Shown here in pieces: positions 1-13,215 of a stretch of 64,000 nt of DNA. Made by a program: the position numbers and the translations under genes. The notes beneath the pieces are model-generated. The model had not been told where the DNA came from, made no database searches, and was given only the letters and a program-made list of their open reading frames with translations. The DNA is taken from NCBI RefSeq assembly GCF_009914755.1, contig NC_060935.1. One strand, 5' to 3'. The first letter of the stretch is position 1, and every line of letters starts with the position of its first letter. Source of the stretch: the human T2T-CHM13v2.0 reference genome, Homo sapiens.

Positions 1-3000
1 CGATACTTGGTTCCAACCCTCAGTGAGCTCATGATCTTGGGTAGGATATAAGACCTGGGCATCTGGTCTCAGTTTCTTTTACCACACATTGAGGGCATAA
101 TGAAGGAAAATCTCTGAGGTTCTAAAAGGCCCTAATGTCACACACTTCTGTGACACTCTGATGGGGGTTAAAATGGGGAGATGTCTTTTGCCTCTTAAGC
201 TGACTTTTCTAGGCGGCTAGTGAATCAAGAATTTACTTTTTTGGTGTTTTGAGGCTGGTCCAGCTCTCCACTTCTAGAAATCGAAGTAAATGTAAATCAC
301 ATGTCTATAACCAAAAATGTGGCTCTGATGAGAGACATGCATTCTGCTGAGCCTGGAGTAGATGTGTGGCAAGACCCAGCCCATTCCCTTTCACTCTTCA
401 GGGATCCCCGTCTCCTGTCTGTCCCAACCCAGGAACAGCACCATGTGAGAACTTCTACCTGTTGAGGCATTGCCCTGTGCATTTCTACTTACAGAGTAGT
501 TCGTTTGTCTATGTTGTCATGTTGCAAGCCCAAAGTCTGATCAGTTTGCTTCTGCCCAGCAGCTCTTAGAGATGACCCCTCCTCAGGAAGTCCTCACAGG
601 CCATTAAGGGTTTCTCAATGCAGGGTAAGAGCCTTCCAAATTTGAAGGAAAAGTTAGCGGAGTTCACATTCTGTTCTGCATGGCACCAATTCCCTTCTCT
701 TTTATCATACAATTTCCAAAAACCGCAAAAGGAAGGCTATGCTATAGTTAGGGCGGGGGTATGGGGGGGCGCAAGAATGTTAGAATGGAGCAAGGACTGG
801 GTTCAAATCCTAGCTTCTTTACTTATAATTAGGCTGAGCCAATATGAAGTTGATGATATTTTTCCATTTTCCACTCACAAAAGCAGTAATTCCATATGTG
901 TCAACTCAAAATAACTAGATTAATTTACACTCTCTTTGTCTCAGTTTGTTTATCTGTAAAATATAGGTAAAGTTATGCATCTACCTGGATTAAGAAGCTC
1001 AAAAGAGATGAGTAGTAATGTGCCCAGACAGTACCTGAACATACCCCCTTTCATATAAAAATCGAATAGTCCAGATCTACTAAATGCCAGGCCAATGGTT
1101 CAAAAATGGCAGCCAGCATTATTATAATAGGTTCTTTGACAGCATTTTTTGACAGAATCCTGGTCATCCCTCCTTGTCCTAAGCTCAGGCTGCTCCAAAA
1201 CCCATGTCACATCCACAGCGGAGAAGGCTCTGATGTGGCAAAGGACCTGGGTGGCCCAGACACAGGGTCCTTCTGAGCTTTACTCTTCCCCATGTGTGGA
1301 GCTGGAGCAAGCCACGCCCTGTAAGACCCTCGGCTCTCCCCCTGCTGCAAAGGTGATGGTCAACTCTTACCCCAGAGCTGATTTTGAGAATTAAAGGATT
1401 ACATATATAAAGTGCCTGGTACAGAACAGAGTAGGTTGTTTATCAATGGCCTAAGGTCACAAGGGATGTGGGGTAGAGACTCTGATAGAAGCAGAGGAGG
1501 GGCTCAGGGAGGACAGGGAGGTGGAGGAAGCTGAAAGCCAAGAGAAGCTTCCTTACACACACACAAGGACACCACCTTGGGGAGAGGTTTCTGACTTTCG
1601 AGACCCTGAGGGAAGGGTCTCCTCCCACTAGAAACTGTACTGGAAAGTGAGAGAGAAAAAGTGAGCAACACGATTACTGTACCCACCAGCAACCAGATGC
1701 CGGATGCAGTGAAGCCTAGGAGCCTTAATTGGGGATTAGAGGCGGAACTTTATCCACGCACTGCTTTGGTGGCCTCATTAAAAGCTGGAAAATTCTCCAT
1801 GCAGGTGCAGTGACATTTTGTGAAGTGACCTGGAGGCTGGCTAAGCCCTAGGGAGCATCCTGCCCAGGTCGGACACTGTGATAGCCTGCCCTTTCTCCTG
1901 CCCAGTGTGACAGGAGTTTACCCTTCCCATCTTCACCTCCTGCAGCACCTGCCATGAGTGACAGAGTGAAGACAGACTCACAAAAAGACTTGTGCCCATT
2001 TGGGGCCAGGTGATGATGCCAGGCAATCCTGGTGTCCCCATATCTCTTGTCTGCCCAGGGGCCACTTGGGCTGAATTTCCATCCTAAGTTTAGTAAAACC
2101 TCTTTAAAACTCAAAACCTAAAGGTTTATCTTGAAAATGCAAGGGATAATGACCCCTCAAGCTCTATTTCTCATGATGCAGGTGGTAAAATCCATCACCT
2201 TCTTTGATTGTCATACTGATCCTTAAGTGAGGCAAGACAGGAGATATTGTTCAGATTTTGCAGAGGTAGAAATTGAAGCTTGAAGATGGGGAAGTTCCAG
2301 GGTTGAGACCTGAGACCAGGTCTTCTGATGCTCTTATTCTGAAGCCTTTCAAGGAAGGACAACTGGTCCTCATCTGTTGGCTGGAGCTGGAAGGAGTGAC
2401 CTTTGGCAGGTCCTGTTGACCAGGTGTCCAATGGCCTTTACCTCTGGACAGGGCAGCATCTCCTCCAGTCCTCCTGGTCCTAGGAGATTAACCGATCAGC
2501 AAATAATCATGGATTGAAACATAATTTGCTGAAGGTATCATGGAAGTTACAAAGAAGGATGATTCCTGCTCTGACTTACGGAGCTCATGGCCTAAATGGG
2601 GAGCGAAGACCGACAGACATTTATGATGAGTAGCGATAGTATCACATTCAGTTTATCTGAGAGTTTGTCCAATGTCAAAGCACGTTATTACTTGGGATTA
2701 TAATCTCCTCTGTATCTGTCTGTATGTAAAGTATTTGGCTTGATATGCCCTGGAAAGCAAAAATGTGAAGCTTTTATTATTATTATTACTTAGATTATTT
2801 TTCACTGGACTGCACACTACTTGAGGGTGAAGCTATGTTTTCTTCATCATTGTGGCCTCTGCACATCATTTTGCGTGTTTTGAAGGAAATACAGAATTAA
2901 TGTTTGCAAATGTTGAATGAATGAAGGTCATTTAAACTTCACAAGAAGTCTGTGGAGTGATTTTTTTTCCTGTAAAGACAAGGAATCTGAGACACAAGTA

Positions 3001-3566
3001 GGGAAAGTGATACGCAGTTAGTGACAGAGCTCCTGGGGCAAGAAGACATCCTATGCCAAGTGTAAAAGGAAGACATGGGAATTCTGCACTGGGAAGGTCA
3101 GGGAAGACTTCATGGAGGAGGTGTCACTTTTATAGGCTCTTTCATGAGTGAGTTTCAGAAAGGCATAAAAGAAAGAGGTATCAATGAGGGGGAACTGCAT
3201 GAACAAACTCCTGAAGAGGCAGGAATGCACCGCACAGAGAAGGTTCAGTGACAAAGGGTCCAACCAGGTAGACAGGGACCAGGTCTGGGAGGGCCTTGAA
3301 CATCAAGCTGAAGGTTGAGGCTAGGACTGGGGCACCACCTGGACCACTGTCCACCTGAGGACACCAACTTTGGGCCTACATCCATCCAATGTGGGGGCTC
3401 TGTGTCAGTGCTAGTGAGTGTCAGATCCGGGAAGCATGGGAGCACTTTCACCCAGGACAGGACAGGGCCGTGTGCTGGGCAAGGTGAGTCATTCATCATC
3501 ACCAGGAAAAGGTGAGCAATCTGCCCAGGCTCTAATGAGAAAGATTGGAGCCCACAAGCACATGTT

Positions 3567-3691
3567 TATTACTGAAGGTGCCACATTAATTATGGACTCT
3601 GAAAGGGGAGGGAGAAGTCATGGGCTCACACTGGGAAGCAGAGGACTGCCATCCATCTGGAAGAAGTGGCCAGAGTGATGTGCATGCTACT
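3567..3691. repeat. 125-bp unique segment, copy 1 (donor) of a dispersed duplication; copy 2 at 8641-8765
   Basis: TATTACTGAAGGTGCC...GTGCATGCTACT occurs twice, with 3 mismatches in 125 bp by manual alignment. Confidence 0.95.
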
Positions 3692-3744
3692 CTGAGCCTG
3701 GCCCAGATATTGCTCAGTGCCCTGAGAAATATCCACACAGCTCG

Positions 3745-4075
3745 CATTCATTCATTTGCTCAGCAAATATTCCTTAAACACCAACTGGTCACAAGGCACC
3801 TGTGTAAAGGCCTGGGCTCGGTGCCCTGGAGGACCTCAGAATCCAGTGACTGTTGGAGACAGATGCACAATCAGATATTTGGGATAAAGTCTGCTGGGAT
3901 GGAGTCGAAGTGTGGGCACATCACCTGGCCTGGAGGTGACCAGGATGGGTAGGAGTTAGCTACAGCACCCTTGTAAGGCACTTAAGGGGCTGATTCTTCA
4001 GCCTGTCAGCAATGAGAGCCACTGAAAGAATGGAGAGGGATGTCACATGGTCAGATATGCTCTATTGCACTGCAC
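3745..4075 (-). mobile_element. L2 LINE fragment
   Basis: CATTCATTCATTTGCTCAGCAAATATT tail-like motif followed by degenerate L2-type sequence; boundaries approximate. Confidence 0.5.
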
Positions 4076-5944
4076 ATCACCCCTGGCCACCCCTGCCTCC
4101 TGATGGGGCCTTCTCTCTTCTCTCCTTCCACCTTGCCTGTCCTGGACTCCATCTCTTCAGGGACAAGGGGTGCCAGAGTGCTATGCTATGGGGCTTCTGG
4201 AATTGGTTTGTCCACACCTGGGCATATGTTTGAGGGCAGGACGACCACAGGTGGGATTCATACCACATGGACTAAGTGCTCATTTTGTTGCCTCCATCCA
4301 GCCCCAAAGGGCTATGGAGGCTCCCCTTGGCCTAAGGTATAAGGCAGCTATAACAGACCAAGAGCCATCATGGGACCTTAGGATCAGAATGAGGGGGCTG
4401 GAGCCTCCTAGAGACCACCTGGTGAGAAATAGTGCAACAGCACTGAGCAGGACTCTGAAAGACCCCAGGTCCCCAGCACAGGAGCTCTGTCATCCTGATT
4501 CACCTCTCAGGCCTTAGCAAGCTCTCTTCTCTCTACCTGGTCCTCTTCTCCACTCTGCCCTCCCTCCTGCTCTCTCTTCTCATTTCCACTGCCCATTCAC
4601 CTGGGCAAGGTAATCATTCCTCTTCCCCAAATCCTTGGAAACCAGAGCCCTGATCCTAGTGAGAGGTGGGAGCAGGATTAGGGAAAGAAGGATCCCAGAC
4701 CAGAATTCAGAAAGCATGTGTCCAAGGTTCAGTTCAGTATTGAGTGCACAGCCTGGTGGAACTGTGAATGCATAGATGAGCTCTGGATCTCAGCACAGTC
4801 ACTTTCTAGCTCTGACTTTGGAAGGGTCACTTTACCATCTAGGCTCTTCTGATTCTTCCACATCTGTGAAATACTGAGTAAAAAGTGTCCTGCATAGAAT
4901 TGCTGAGATGATCTGTTGTGGTAGCTATGAGTCTAGCATAACACCCGACACTCAGGAAATACCAGGAGACTCTTAAGAAAATACAACTCTGAGATGTGTA
5001 AGTTCTTGTGGAAGGATCATATCCAAAGTGGGAAATTAAATCTCTTTGAGGGGGAAAGATCCTTTTCACAGCTGTGGACTTTCAGGATGGTCATTTTTGA
5101 GACACTTGCTTCCACTGAAATTGAGATTTAAAAAGGCTTAGCGATTTGGCCAAGGTCACACCACTGGTTCTCAACCTTGGTCTTCTCTCATTCCATTATT
5201 CAAAGACATTCAGCAAACATTCATTACATCCTCACCAGATGCCAGGCACACCCAGGATTCTCTCCATTATACCCTACCTGGGTACAGGGTGGAGGCTCCC
5301 CAAATGCCCGTCATGAGAGACCATCTTATTCACCCTCCTTGTCCCATAGGTGAGGAATAGAGCACTGGCAGGACACATCTACCAATCACTGGGCTTGGAA
5401 GTGTAGAAGCAATTCTCAGGGACCTGCCTCCTGATTCCTGGCCTGGGATCCTTCCTTCCCTAATATCTCTCCCTCCTCTTGCTAAGATTAGGGCTCTGTT
5501 TCCCGAGGATTTGAGAACAGCAATGCCTACATGGATGGGTAGTGGCAACAAGAAGAGAGGGAGGGAGGGCAGAGTAGACAAGAGGCCCAGACAGAAGGAA
5601 GAGAGCTTGTTAAGGACATATTATCCCCAAGACAGGAGAAGTGTTCAGCAGCGCCCTCCAGGAATATTCCAGGTGGTCCAGGTAAGGCTTAAGAAACTCC
5701 AGGTATGGAATGGTGGCAAAGCTCCTCCAGAGGGGTCTCCCAAGGTCAGCTCCAGGGTCCTCTGTCTGCTCTTGGTATTTGGATGTAGAGTTCCTACTTG
5801 CACTCCTGTCCATCCTTGGCTCCTCAGGGACTGTGTGGATAGGTATAAGGCAGAGAAATGGATATAGGGGAGGGAGGGAGGGAAGGAGAGACAACTATGC
5901 CTCCCGTCCAAATCCCATTCAAACTACTACCTCAGGGCAAACTA

Positions 5945-6007
5945 GTGTGTGTGTATGTGTGTGCGCATGCACGTGTGAGCGCATATGCGTGCACGTGTGT
6001 GTGTATG
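5945..6007. repeat. (TG)n-like alternating purine/pyrimidine microsatellite
   Basis: GTGTGTGTGTATGTGTGTGCGCATGCACGTGTG... seen directly. Confidence 0.85.
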
Positions 6008-6460
6008 AGTCATGGTTCTTCAGAGAAACAGAACCAGTAGGATATGAATATGTAAAGATTTATTATAAGGAATTGACTCACATGATCATGGAGTTTGGTA
6101 AATTCAAAATCTTCAGGGTGGGCCAGCAGGCTGGAGACCCAAGAGAGCTGATGTTCCAGTTCAAGTCCAAAAGCTATCTGCCATAGACCAGAAAGACCTG
6201 ATGTTGTAGATGAAATCTGAGGATAGCCTGCTGGAGAATTCTGTTTTGCTTAGAGAAAGCTGGTCTTTCTGTTCTGTCTAGGACTTCAACTGGTTGGACA
6301 AGGCCCACCTGCATTATGAAGGGCAATCTCTTGACTTGAAGTCTACCAATTGATATGCAAGTCTTATCAAAAACACTGTCACAGAAACACCTAGAATAAT
6401 GTTTAACAAAATATCTGGCACCCCATGGCCTAGTCAAGTTGACACATTAACCATCACTGT
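6008..6460 (-). mobile_element. MLT2-family (ERVL) solo LTR
   Basis: Reverse strand begins GTGATGGTTAATGTGTCAACTTGACTAGGCCATGGGGTGCCAGATATTT and ends ...CTACTGGTTCTGTTTCTCTGAAGAACC, as in MLT2 LTRs. Confidence 0.85.
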
Positions 6461-7339
6461 GTGTGGGGGTGGGGCATTGGGGTATGGTGTTTGGTGGAGG
6501 AGTTGAAGGCCTAGTGTCTCTCATACCCAAGCCAGGAAAGGTTCCTGCCATGGAATTTAGTCATGAGAAACCAAATCTCATTGAAATGTCCTCTCAGCAA
6601 GTCTGAGGAGGTTATGCTTAGACCTGAGTGTGAGCATGTACCCATACCAGTGTAGACTGACTGTGTCATCTAGTGGGGGTCCTGTATGTTGGAGTTTTGT
6701 GCCATTCTCTGTCCAGGTCTCAGTGTCAGGGGGTGGATGTCGCCAGATAAGGGTCACAAGGAGCCCGGGGCTCTGTGCATCCTGGCCAAGGAATTGACTC
6801 CCTGTTCCTCACATCTGCACTGACTGCCACTTCCCCAGAGCTAATGACATGTCACTGTCCAGAAAAGCTCTCAATGTCCCGTTCAGGGCTCTCTTTGTGA
6901 GATCACACAAGCACTAAGTGGAAAGTGCCATGTCAAAATACTCGGTGTCAGGCTGATACATTAATTAGGGAGGCAGCTGCACCACCTAGCCCAAGATGCA
7001 AGTGATATATGTTTATCAAGCAAAAGAAAATGTCACCCAGGACACAGAGCAAATCCTGGTATTCTCAAAACAGGAGCTAGCTCCCAATTATCTAATGAGA
7101 AATGCCACTGTTTGCCTCACTCATCTGGTCTTGCACCTGACACTCTTTTACCTAAACTGCACTTCTCCTGTTGGAATTCAATCCCATTTCCTTTTTTTTA
7201 GTGTCTATTATAGAAATAAGGAATAGCCAGCTGCCCTCCATTCTCCAAGGCCTCTCTTTTCTCCCTAACTAGTGCTGCCACCTCTACCACACTCACGTTC
7301 CTATCTCTGCACTGTCTTATCTTCCCCGTGATCTATTTC

Positions 7340-7680
7340 CCATTCCTGTGCAGCGCCATGCTGGTTTCATTTCTACAGCTTTGAACTCATTTTCACATAT
7401 GGCCAAATGAAGTTCCCTTCTTAGTTCTTCTTTCTGAAAATTGTTTTAGCTATTCGTGCCCTTTATTCTGCCATGTGACTTTTGGAATTATTTTGTTGAC
7501 TTTCTGAAATATGCTTCTGGGTTTCTGATTAGAACTGCATCAAATGTAAAGATTAATTGGAAAGAAATGGTAGCTTCGCACTGCAGTCTCCACATTCATA
7601 AATATATTACATCTCTCCACTTGTTTGTTTTCATATAATTTTCTCCAGCAAGGTCTTGTACTTTTGTGGTTAGGTTTATT
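7340..7680 (-). mobile_element. Ancient L1M (L1ME-like) fragment
   Basis: T-rich antisense L1 ORF2-like motifs (TTTTAGCTATTC..., GATTAGAACTGCATCAAATGTAAAGATTAATTGG). Confidence 0.6.
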
Positions 7681-8105
7681 GGTTTGGGTTCCCCAAGAAG
7701 CAGCCTCTGAGTCAATAGTTCAAGCACAGTTTATTGAGAGGTACAAGAAATGTGGGGAGAGGTGATACAGGGGAGGAAGGCAGGCAATAAAGGTTGCATT
7801 AATAAATCAGCTTCCCAATGGGTGACTGGAGCTTAATCCTGCAGGAACATTCTGGGAAACAATACAGTATACATGCTGCAGAATTATTTCAGCCAGGGGC
7901 AAGGGAGCTGGGATATTTATACCCCAACCTCCATCACTCCTTGGTTAAGGGTTGCCCTTGGGAAGATGTTAACTCCCAGGTGCTTCTGTCTGGGGCATGC
8001 AGGCAAATAAGTTCCCACCTCCCTGCCCTGAAGATGAAGGAGCTGGTGTCACAAAGAAAAGGTGAAGACAACCAAAGTGGTATCAGCACAGGATCCACAG
8101 CATCT
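7681..8105 (-). mobile_element. Old ERVL-class LTR (LTR33/LTR16-like), subfamily uncertain
   Basis: GGGTTCCCCAAGAAGCAGCCTCTGAG...AGTTTATTGAGAGG and GGGCAAGGGAGCTGGGATATTTATACCCCAACCTCC motifs recalled from ERVL LTRs. Confidence 0.55.
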
Positions 8106-8578
8106 GCCTTAGGCAGCTTACAGGAGAGATTATCTTTTTCTAGGAGGAAAACTAAGGCAATGGGTGAAGACAACAGGCAGCTCTACAGAGGTAATAGCTT
8201 CCTATATAGTCAAGCTGCTGTAGGAGGTTGTAAAGGCAGCCCTGCTAGCAGTTTTTGAGCAGAAGCTGGTGGATAGGTCAAGGATGTGTAGAAGGGATTC
8301 CATCCTTAACAAGTTTGGACAAGAGCAGCGATTCACAGCCTTTTTCTACAGAGGTCTCCTTGACAATGCTACTAACCTTAGACCCATACAAGCATAATTT
8401 CCAGCTCTTTCACCCAAGAAGGGTATCAGAATGCAAGTTACAAACTATAACTTTAGATCCACTGTAATTTATGAGGGTTTTTTGATGCAATGAATCATTT
8501 GCAACTTTTATTACTTGGTTGTTTGCCCCCAGCTGTGTGCAGCACTCACTCTGACTCCTAACAACACACCAGCTGTCC

Positions 8579-8834
8579 CAACCACCCACTGATTGGGAAC
8601 GTCAGGGCCAGACGCTTTCTGAGGGTCTGACTCATGTCACTATTACTGAAGGTGCCACATTAATTATGGACTCTGAAAGGGGAGGGAGAAGTCATGGGCT
8701 CATGCTGGGAAGCAGAGGACTGCCATCCATCTGGAAGAAGTGGCCAGAGTGAGGTGCATGCTACTTCAACCACCCCCCACCCTGATCGGGAACTTCAGGG
8801 CCAGATACTTTCTGAGGATCTGACCCATGTCACT
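8579..8834. repeat. ~63-68-bp direct repeat (8579-8641 / 8767-8834) flanking copy 2 (8641-8765) of the 125-bp segment
   Basis: CTGATTGGGAACGTCAGGGCCAGACGCTTTCTGAGGGTCTGACTCATGTCACT versus CTGATCGGGAACTTCAGGGCCAGATACTTTCTGAGGATCTGACCCATGTCACT. Confidence 0.9.
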
Positions 8835-9769
8835 GACTTGAGTAGGCGGACAGGCCAGGGTGCTTTGTATGGGACCTGGCTCCCTGGTCCTCTGAGCTCC
8901 TCTTCCTCTCTTAGAAAATTGCTGGGCATGCTGAGCAACTTCATATCCATCCATCTGGAGTAAACATCACAATTAATTATTTGAGCCTGAACAATCCAGG
9001 TTTTGGGCACAGCAGGCTCCTAGAGGGGCTCACAGCTGGATAGCACCAGATGGATCCTCTGCATAGCAAAACTTTTAGAATAAGCTTTCAGAGGGGTGAT
9101 TTCTCTTTGGGAAGCTGAGACTGAGTGAATGGGCCAGGAGAGAAATCAAACAATTTCTTGTAAGGGGCAGAAAAAACAAGGCACTCTTGATCCCAATGGA
9201 CATTCCATCAGCTGTCTTCATTCTGTCAATAAACTCCTGGAGCTGCCACCAGTACTCAACGTGTCTCTTTCTTGATCCCTTCAGTAAATGTGAGTGCTTT
9301 GGGGTCCATGGAGTAATCAGTCAGAGAAGGGCCTAATGGGTAGAGCCACCCCCACACACTTATGGGCAGAGAGGTAGAGGCAGACCTTAGCTAGTTCTCC
9401 TAGATACTCTTCCGTTCCTTGGTCAACTTGAATCTATTGTTGATAAAAAGATTCCCATATCACAACTGACGCCTTTGCAAATACAATATGCCTGGGGGTC
9501 AGAGCAGGTAGGTAAGTTGTGTTAGAACAGATGTTCCCCTATCCCTCAAGGTTTCTTCAGCTAAACTTCTTCACTCTGAGATTCATTTTGGGGCAGAGGT
9601 GCCATATTTAACTCAATTCAATAAATATTGAGCCTCTGCTCCATGCACAGAGCTAGCCATTATCCAAGGCACTGGGATGAACCACCCTGAAAGAAGTGAC
9701 AGTTTAAATGGAGAAATAGACAAGTAAAACATAAATGCTAGTTCAGTGCATTATGTGAGTACAGTGATC

Positions 9770-9885
9770 CTTTTCCTCCCTTCTTCCTTCCTTCCTTTTT
9801 TCCTTCCCTCACTCTTTCCTCCTTTCCTTCCTATCTTTCCTCTCTTCTTCTTTCATTCCCTGCTTTCTCCTTTCTTCCTTCTTTA
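9770..9885. repeat. CT-rich low-complexity / (TTCC)n tract
   Basis: Near-pure pyrimidine tract seen directly. Confidence 0.85.
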
Positions 9886-10250
9886 CTAATATTTCTGTAG
9901 TCTATTAGGTACCATCACATTTCTACTTGCTGGGAATGCAGTGATAGATAAAACAGATTCTTTGCTCATCTGAATCTTGGATTCTAGTGAGGAAGCGAGG
10001 AAATTAACAAACTAACATCAATAAAATAACTTACTGTGAAAGAAAGTAAATCAGTTAGAGGGTAAGGGGGTACTATTTTATATATTGTGGTCAGAGATAG
10101 CTTCTCTGAGCAGATGATTTTTGAGCAGAGACCTAAGTAAAGTGAGGGAAGAAACTACAGGAAAATGCAGGGAGGGTTCTAAGCCTAGGGAAGAGTACAG
10201 GCAAACGAACTGGCACAGCAGTTTTCAAAATAATGGGATGAGTAAGAGAC
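9886..10250 (-). mobile_element. L2 LINE fragment
   Basis: GTGGTCAGAGATAGCTTCTCTGAGCAGATGATTTTTGAGCAGAGACCT resembles antisense L2. Confidence 0.65.
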
Positions 10251-11834
10251 ACAAGGGAAGCTCGAGGTCAGGCTGTTTAATTTAAAAAGTGCAGAGGGAA
10301 GCAGCAAAGGGTTAAGAAGAGCTGCCCTCTGAGGCATGCCCAAGATGACTGTGCCTGGCTAGGGTTGGAAAGGGAGCTGATGGAAGGAGGAGCCCAAATG
10401 CAGGAAGCAGCAGTGCCCAGGCCCAGAGGCTGACCATGCAGGGCTCCTTCAAGGCACTGCAAGCACTCTCTTCCTAGGAGCTTGTGCTTGATCCCCCCAG
10501 GACTCCTAGGGTGGTCTGTGAAGCACAAGATTCATGAGGGGAGAGAGAGAGCATGACTGGGAATCAGGAGGCTGACTTTCTGAGACATTCCTTTCCCTTC
10601 TTACTCTTGTTTTCCCCATCCAGAAATGCAAGATGAGCACTCTTGCCCTCTCTGAGCACTGAACAGGCTGAAGGTCATAGAGTCCTTGCCATGTACAGTA
10701 GGAACTCTGGTTCTGAGCAGGCAGAGCCACACCTGCCTTCTCAGCTCCCCACTGTAGGTGGTCATCAGGACCTGAGGGCCCACTTGCAAGTCGGGCCATT
10801 CTCATCCTCACCTGGTCTCTGATCTCCCTTAAGGCTCAGACCCTGCTAACTCCTGGCAGGGCTTCCTAGGAACCATTCCTTTGTCTCTAAGCAGGGACAC
10901 TCTTTACTGGGACCCAGGGCCTGACAACACAGTTGTAATGATAACGATATCAGCTAGAACTGTCAACTTCCAGTCTGACTAGAGCAATGTAAAGCTGGCA
11001 TTTCTTCCTCCTCCTCTTGGAAATCACCTGAGAGCCAAGAGGCAAATGAGAGCCAGGAACACAAGACTCATCCTCACAAAGTAGGAGAGACCTGAAACCT
11101 GGAACCACAAGATAAATGGAGGGCCACCAAAATAGTGAAGGTGACATTGGAAGAAGAGCAGAGAGGATGCCCTAGCAGTGGAGCTCGGAGAGAACTTTCA
11201 AAATATGTTTATAGAAGGTGAGAAGCCCTCCTTGAGATATAAAACCTATACTCCCTAATTTCAAAACCAAGAACGGAGTAAGTCCATGAGGGTGGTGACA
11301 GGAAATATGCTAAATCTAATTCCATTAACAGAGAACACAGGTCAAGATAAAGTGTCACACAGTCAAGCCATATTTGCAAGAAACAGTACCCTAGTGACAG
11401 TGGGGCAGAGAGAGTCTTTGTCTTGTGAATAGCCACACAATTGCTCATGTTTACCAGCTTGAGACAAAACCCTAAGCTGCTCATCAATAAAATCAGGAGT
11501 CTTGACAAGAAATTCTGGTACCCTAGAAGGAAGCCCAGGCTGCCCCCAACACAAACCAACTACAAATAGCTGCTTCAGAATGAAACTCCCCTCCTTCAAA
11601 AGTGAGTATTTGAAAAACAGCCAGCACAGAATCTAAACAAAGACAAGGGAAAAAGAAGAAAGGAAAGGAGGGAAAAAAAATAGAAGATGAAGAGTTAATA
11701 GAAAAATATTTTCACTGAGCAGAATAAGTTGTGACTAAATATTTCACCATGATATTAAAAAAAGAAAGTAATGAGGCAATTACTTCAGTGAAGCAAAAGC
11801 GCTGAACAAAGATGAGAGAAATTACTACCTATTA

Positions 11835-12008
<174 letters not shown>

Positions 12009-12044
12009 TCAATAAGTATTTTCTGAATTGAATTGAAAATGGTT

Positions 12045-13181
12045 CCTCTCCCTCTCCCTCTCCCTCTCCCTCTCCCTCTCGCTCTCCCTCTCACTTTCCG
12101 TCTCCCTCTTTCTACGGTCTCCCTCTCTTGCAGAGCCTGGACTGTACCACCATGATCTCAGCTCGCTGCAACCTCCCTGCCTCGGGCTCCGGTGATTCTC
12201 CTGCCTCGGCCTGCCGAGTGCCTGGGATTCCAGGCACGCGCCGCCACTCCTGACTGGTTTTTGTATTTTTGGTGGAGACGGGGTTTCGCCCGTGTTGACC
12301 GGGCTGGTCTCCAGCTCCTGCCCGCCTTGGCCTCCCGAGGTGCTGGGATTGCAGACGGAGTCTCGCTCACTCAATGCTCAATGTTGCCCAGGCTGGAGTG
12401 CAGTGGCATGATCTCCGCTCGCTACAACCTCCACCTCCCAGCCGCCTGCCTTGGCCTCCCAAAGTGCTCAGATTACAGCCTCTGCCCGCCCGCCATCCCA
12501 TCTAGGAAGTGAGCAGCGTCTGCCTGGCCGCCCACCGTCTGCGAAGTGAGGTGCACCTCTGCCTGGCCGCCCCATCTGGGAAGTGAGGAGCGCCTCTGCC
12601 CGGCCGCTCCGTCTGGGAAGTGAGGAGCGCCTCTGCCAGGCCGCCCCATCTGGGAAGTGTACCCAACAGCTCTGAAGAGACAGCGACCATCGAGAACGGG
12701 CCATGATGATGATGGCGGTTTTGTCGAAAAGAAAAGGGGGAAATGTGGGGGAAAGAATGAGAGATCAGATTGTTACTGTGTCTGTGTAGAAAGAAGTAGA
12801 CATAGGAGACTCCATTTTGTTCTGTACTAAGAAAAATTCTTCTGCCTTGGGATGCTGTTAATCTATAACCTTACCCCCAACCCCGTGCTCTCTGAAACAT
12901 GTGCTGTGTCAACTCAGGATTAAATGGATTAAGGGCGGTGCAAGATGTGCTTTGTTAAACAGATGCTTGAAGACAGCATGCTCGTTGAGAGTCATCACCA
13001 CTGCCTAATCTCAAGTGCCCAGGGACACAAACAGGGCCGAAGGCCGAAGGCCGCAGGGACCTCTGCCTAGGAAAACCAGAGACCTTTGTTCTCGTGTTTA
13101 TCTGCTGACCTTCTCTCCACTATTATCCTATGACCCTGCCACATCTCCCTCTGAGAAACACCCAAGAATGATCAATAAATA

Positions 13182-13212
<31 letters not shown>
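12045..13212 (+). mobile_element. Full-length SVA retrotransposon, SVA_A-like, with a very short VNTR
   Basis: (CCCTCT)n 12045-~12092; antisense Alu-like domain to ~12477; ~5 VNTR units ~12478-12659; HERV-K-derived SINE-R 12660-13183; AATAAA 13174-13179; A29 tail 13184-13212; TSD AGAGATAGGGGT at 11882-11893 and 13214-13225. Confidence 0.97.

Positions 13213-13215
<3 letters not shown>

Noticed and set aside
3567-3691. Duplicated 125-bp segment as a snoRNA/small-RNA retrocopy
   Set aside because: No terminal ACA or C/D box arrangement on either strand, and no poly-A tail.
12478-12659. Regularly spaced ~37-bp repeats resembling a CRISPR-like array
   Set aside because: Tandem units without unique spacers; this is the SVA VNTR in a primate genome.
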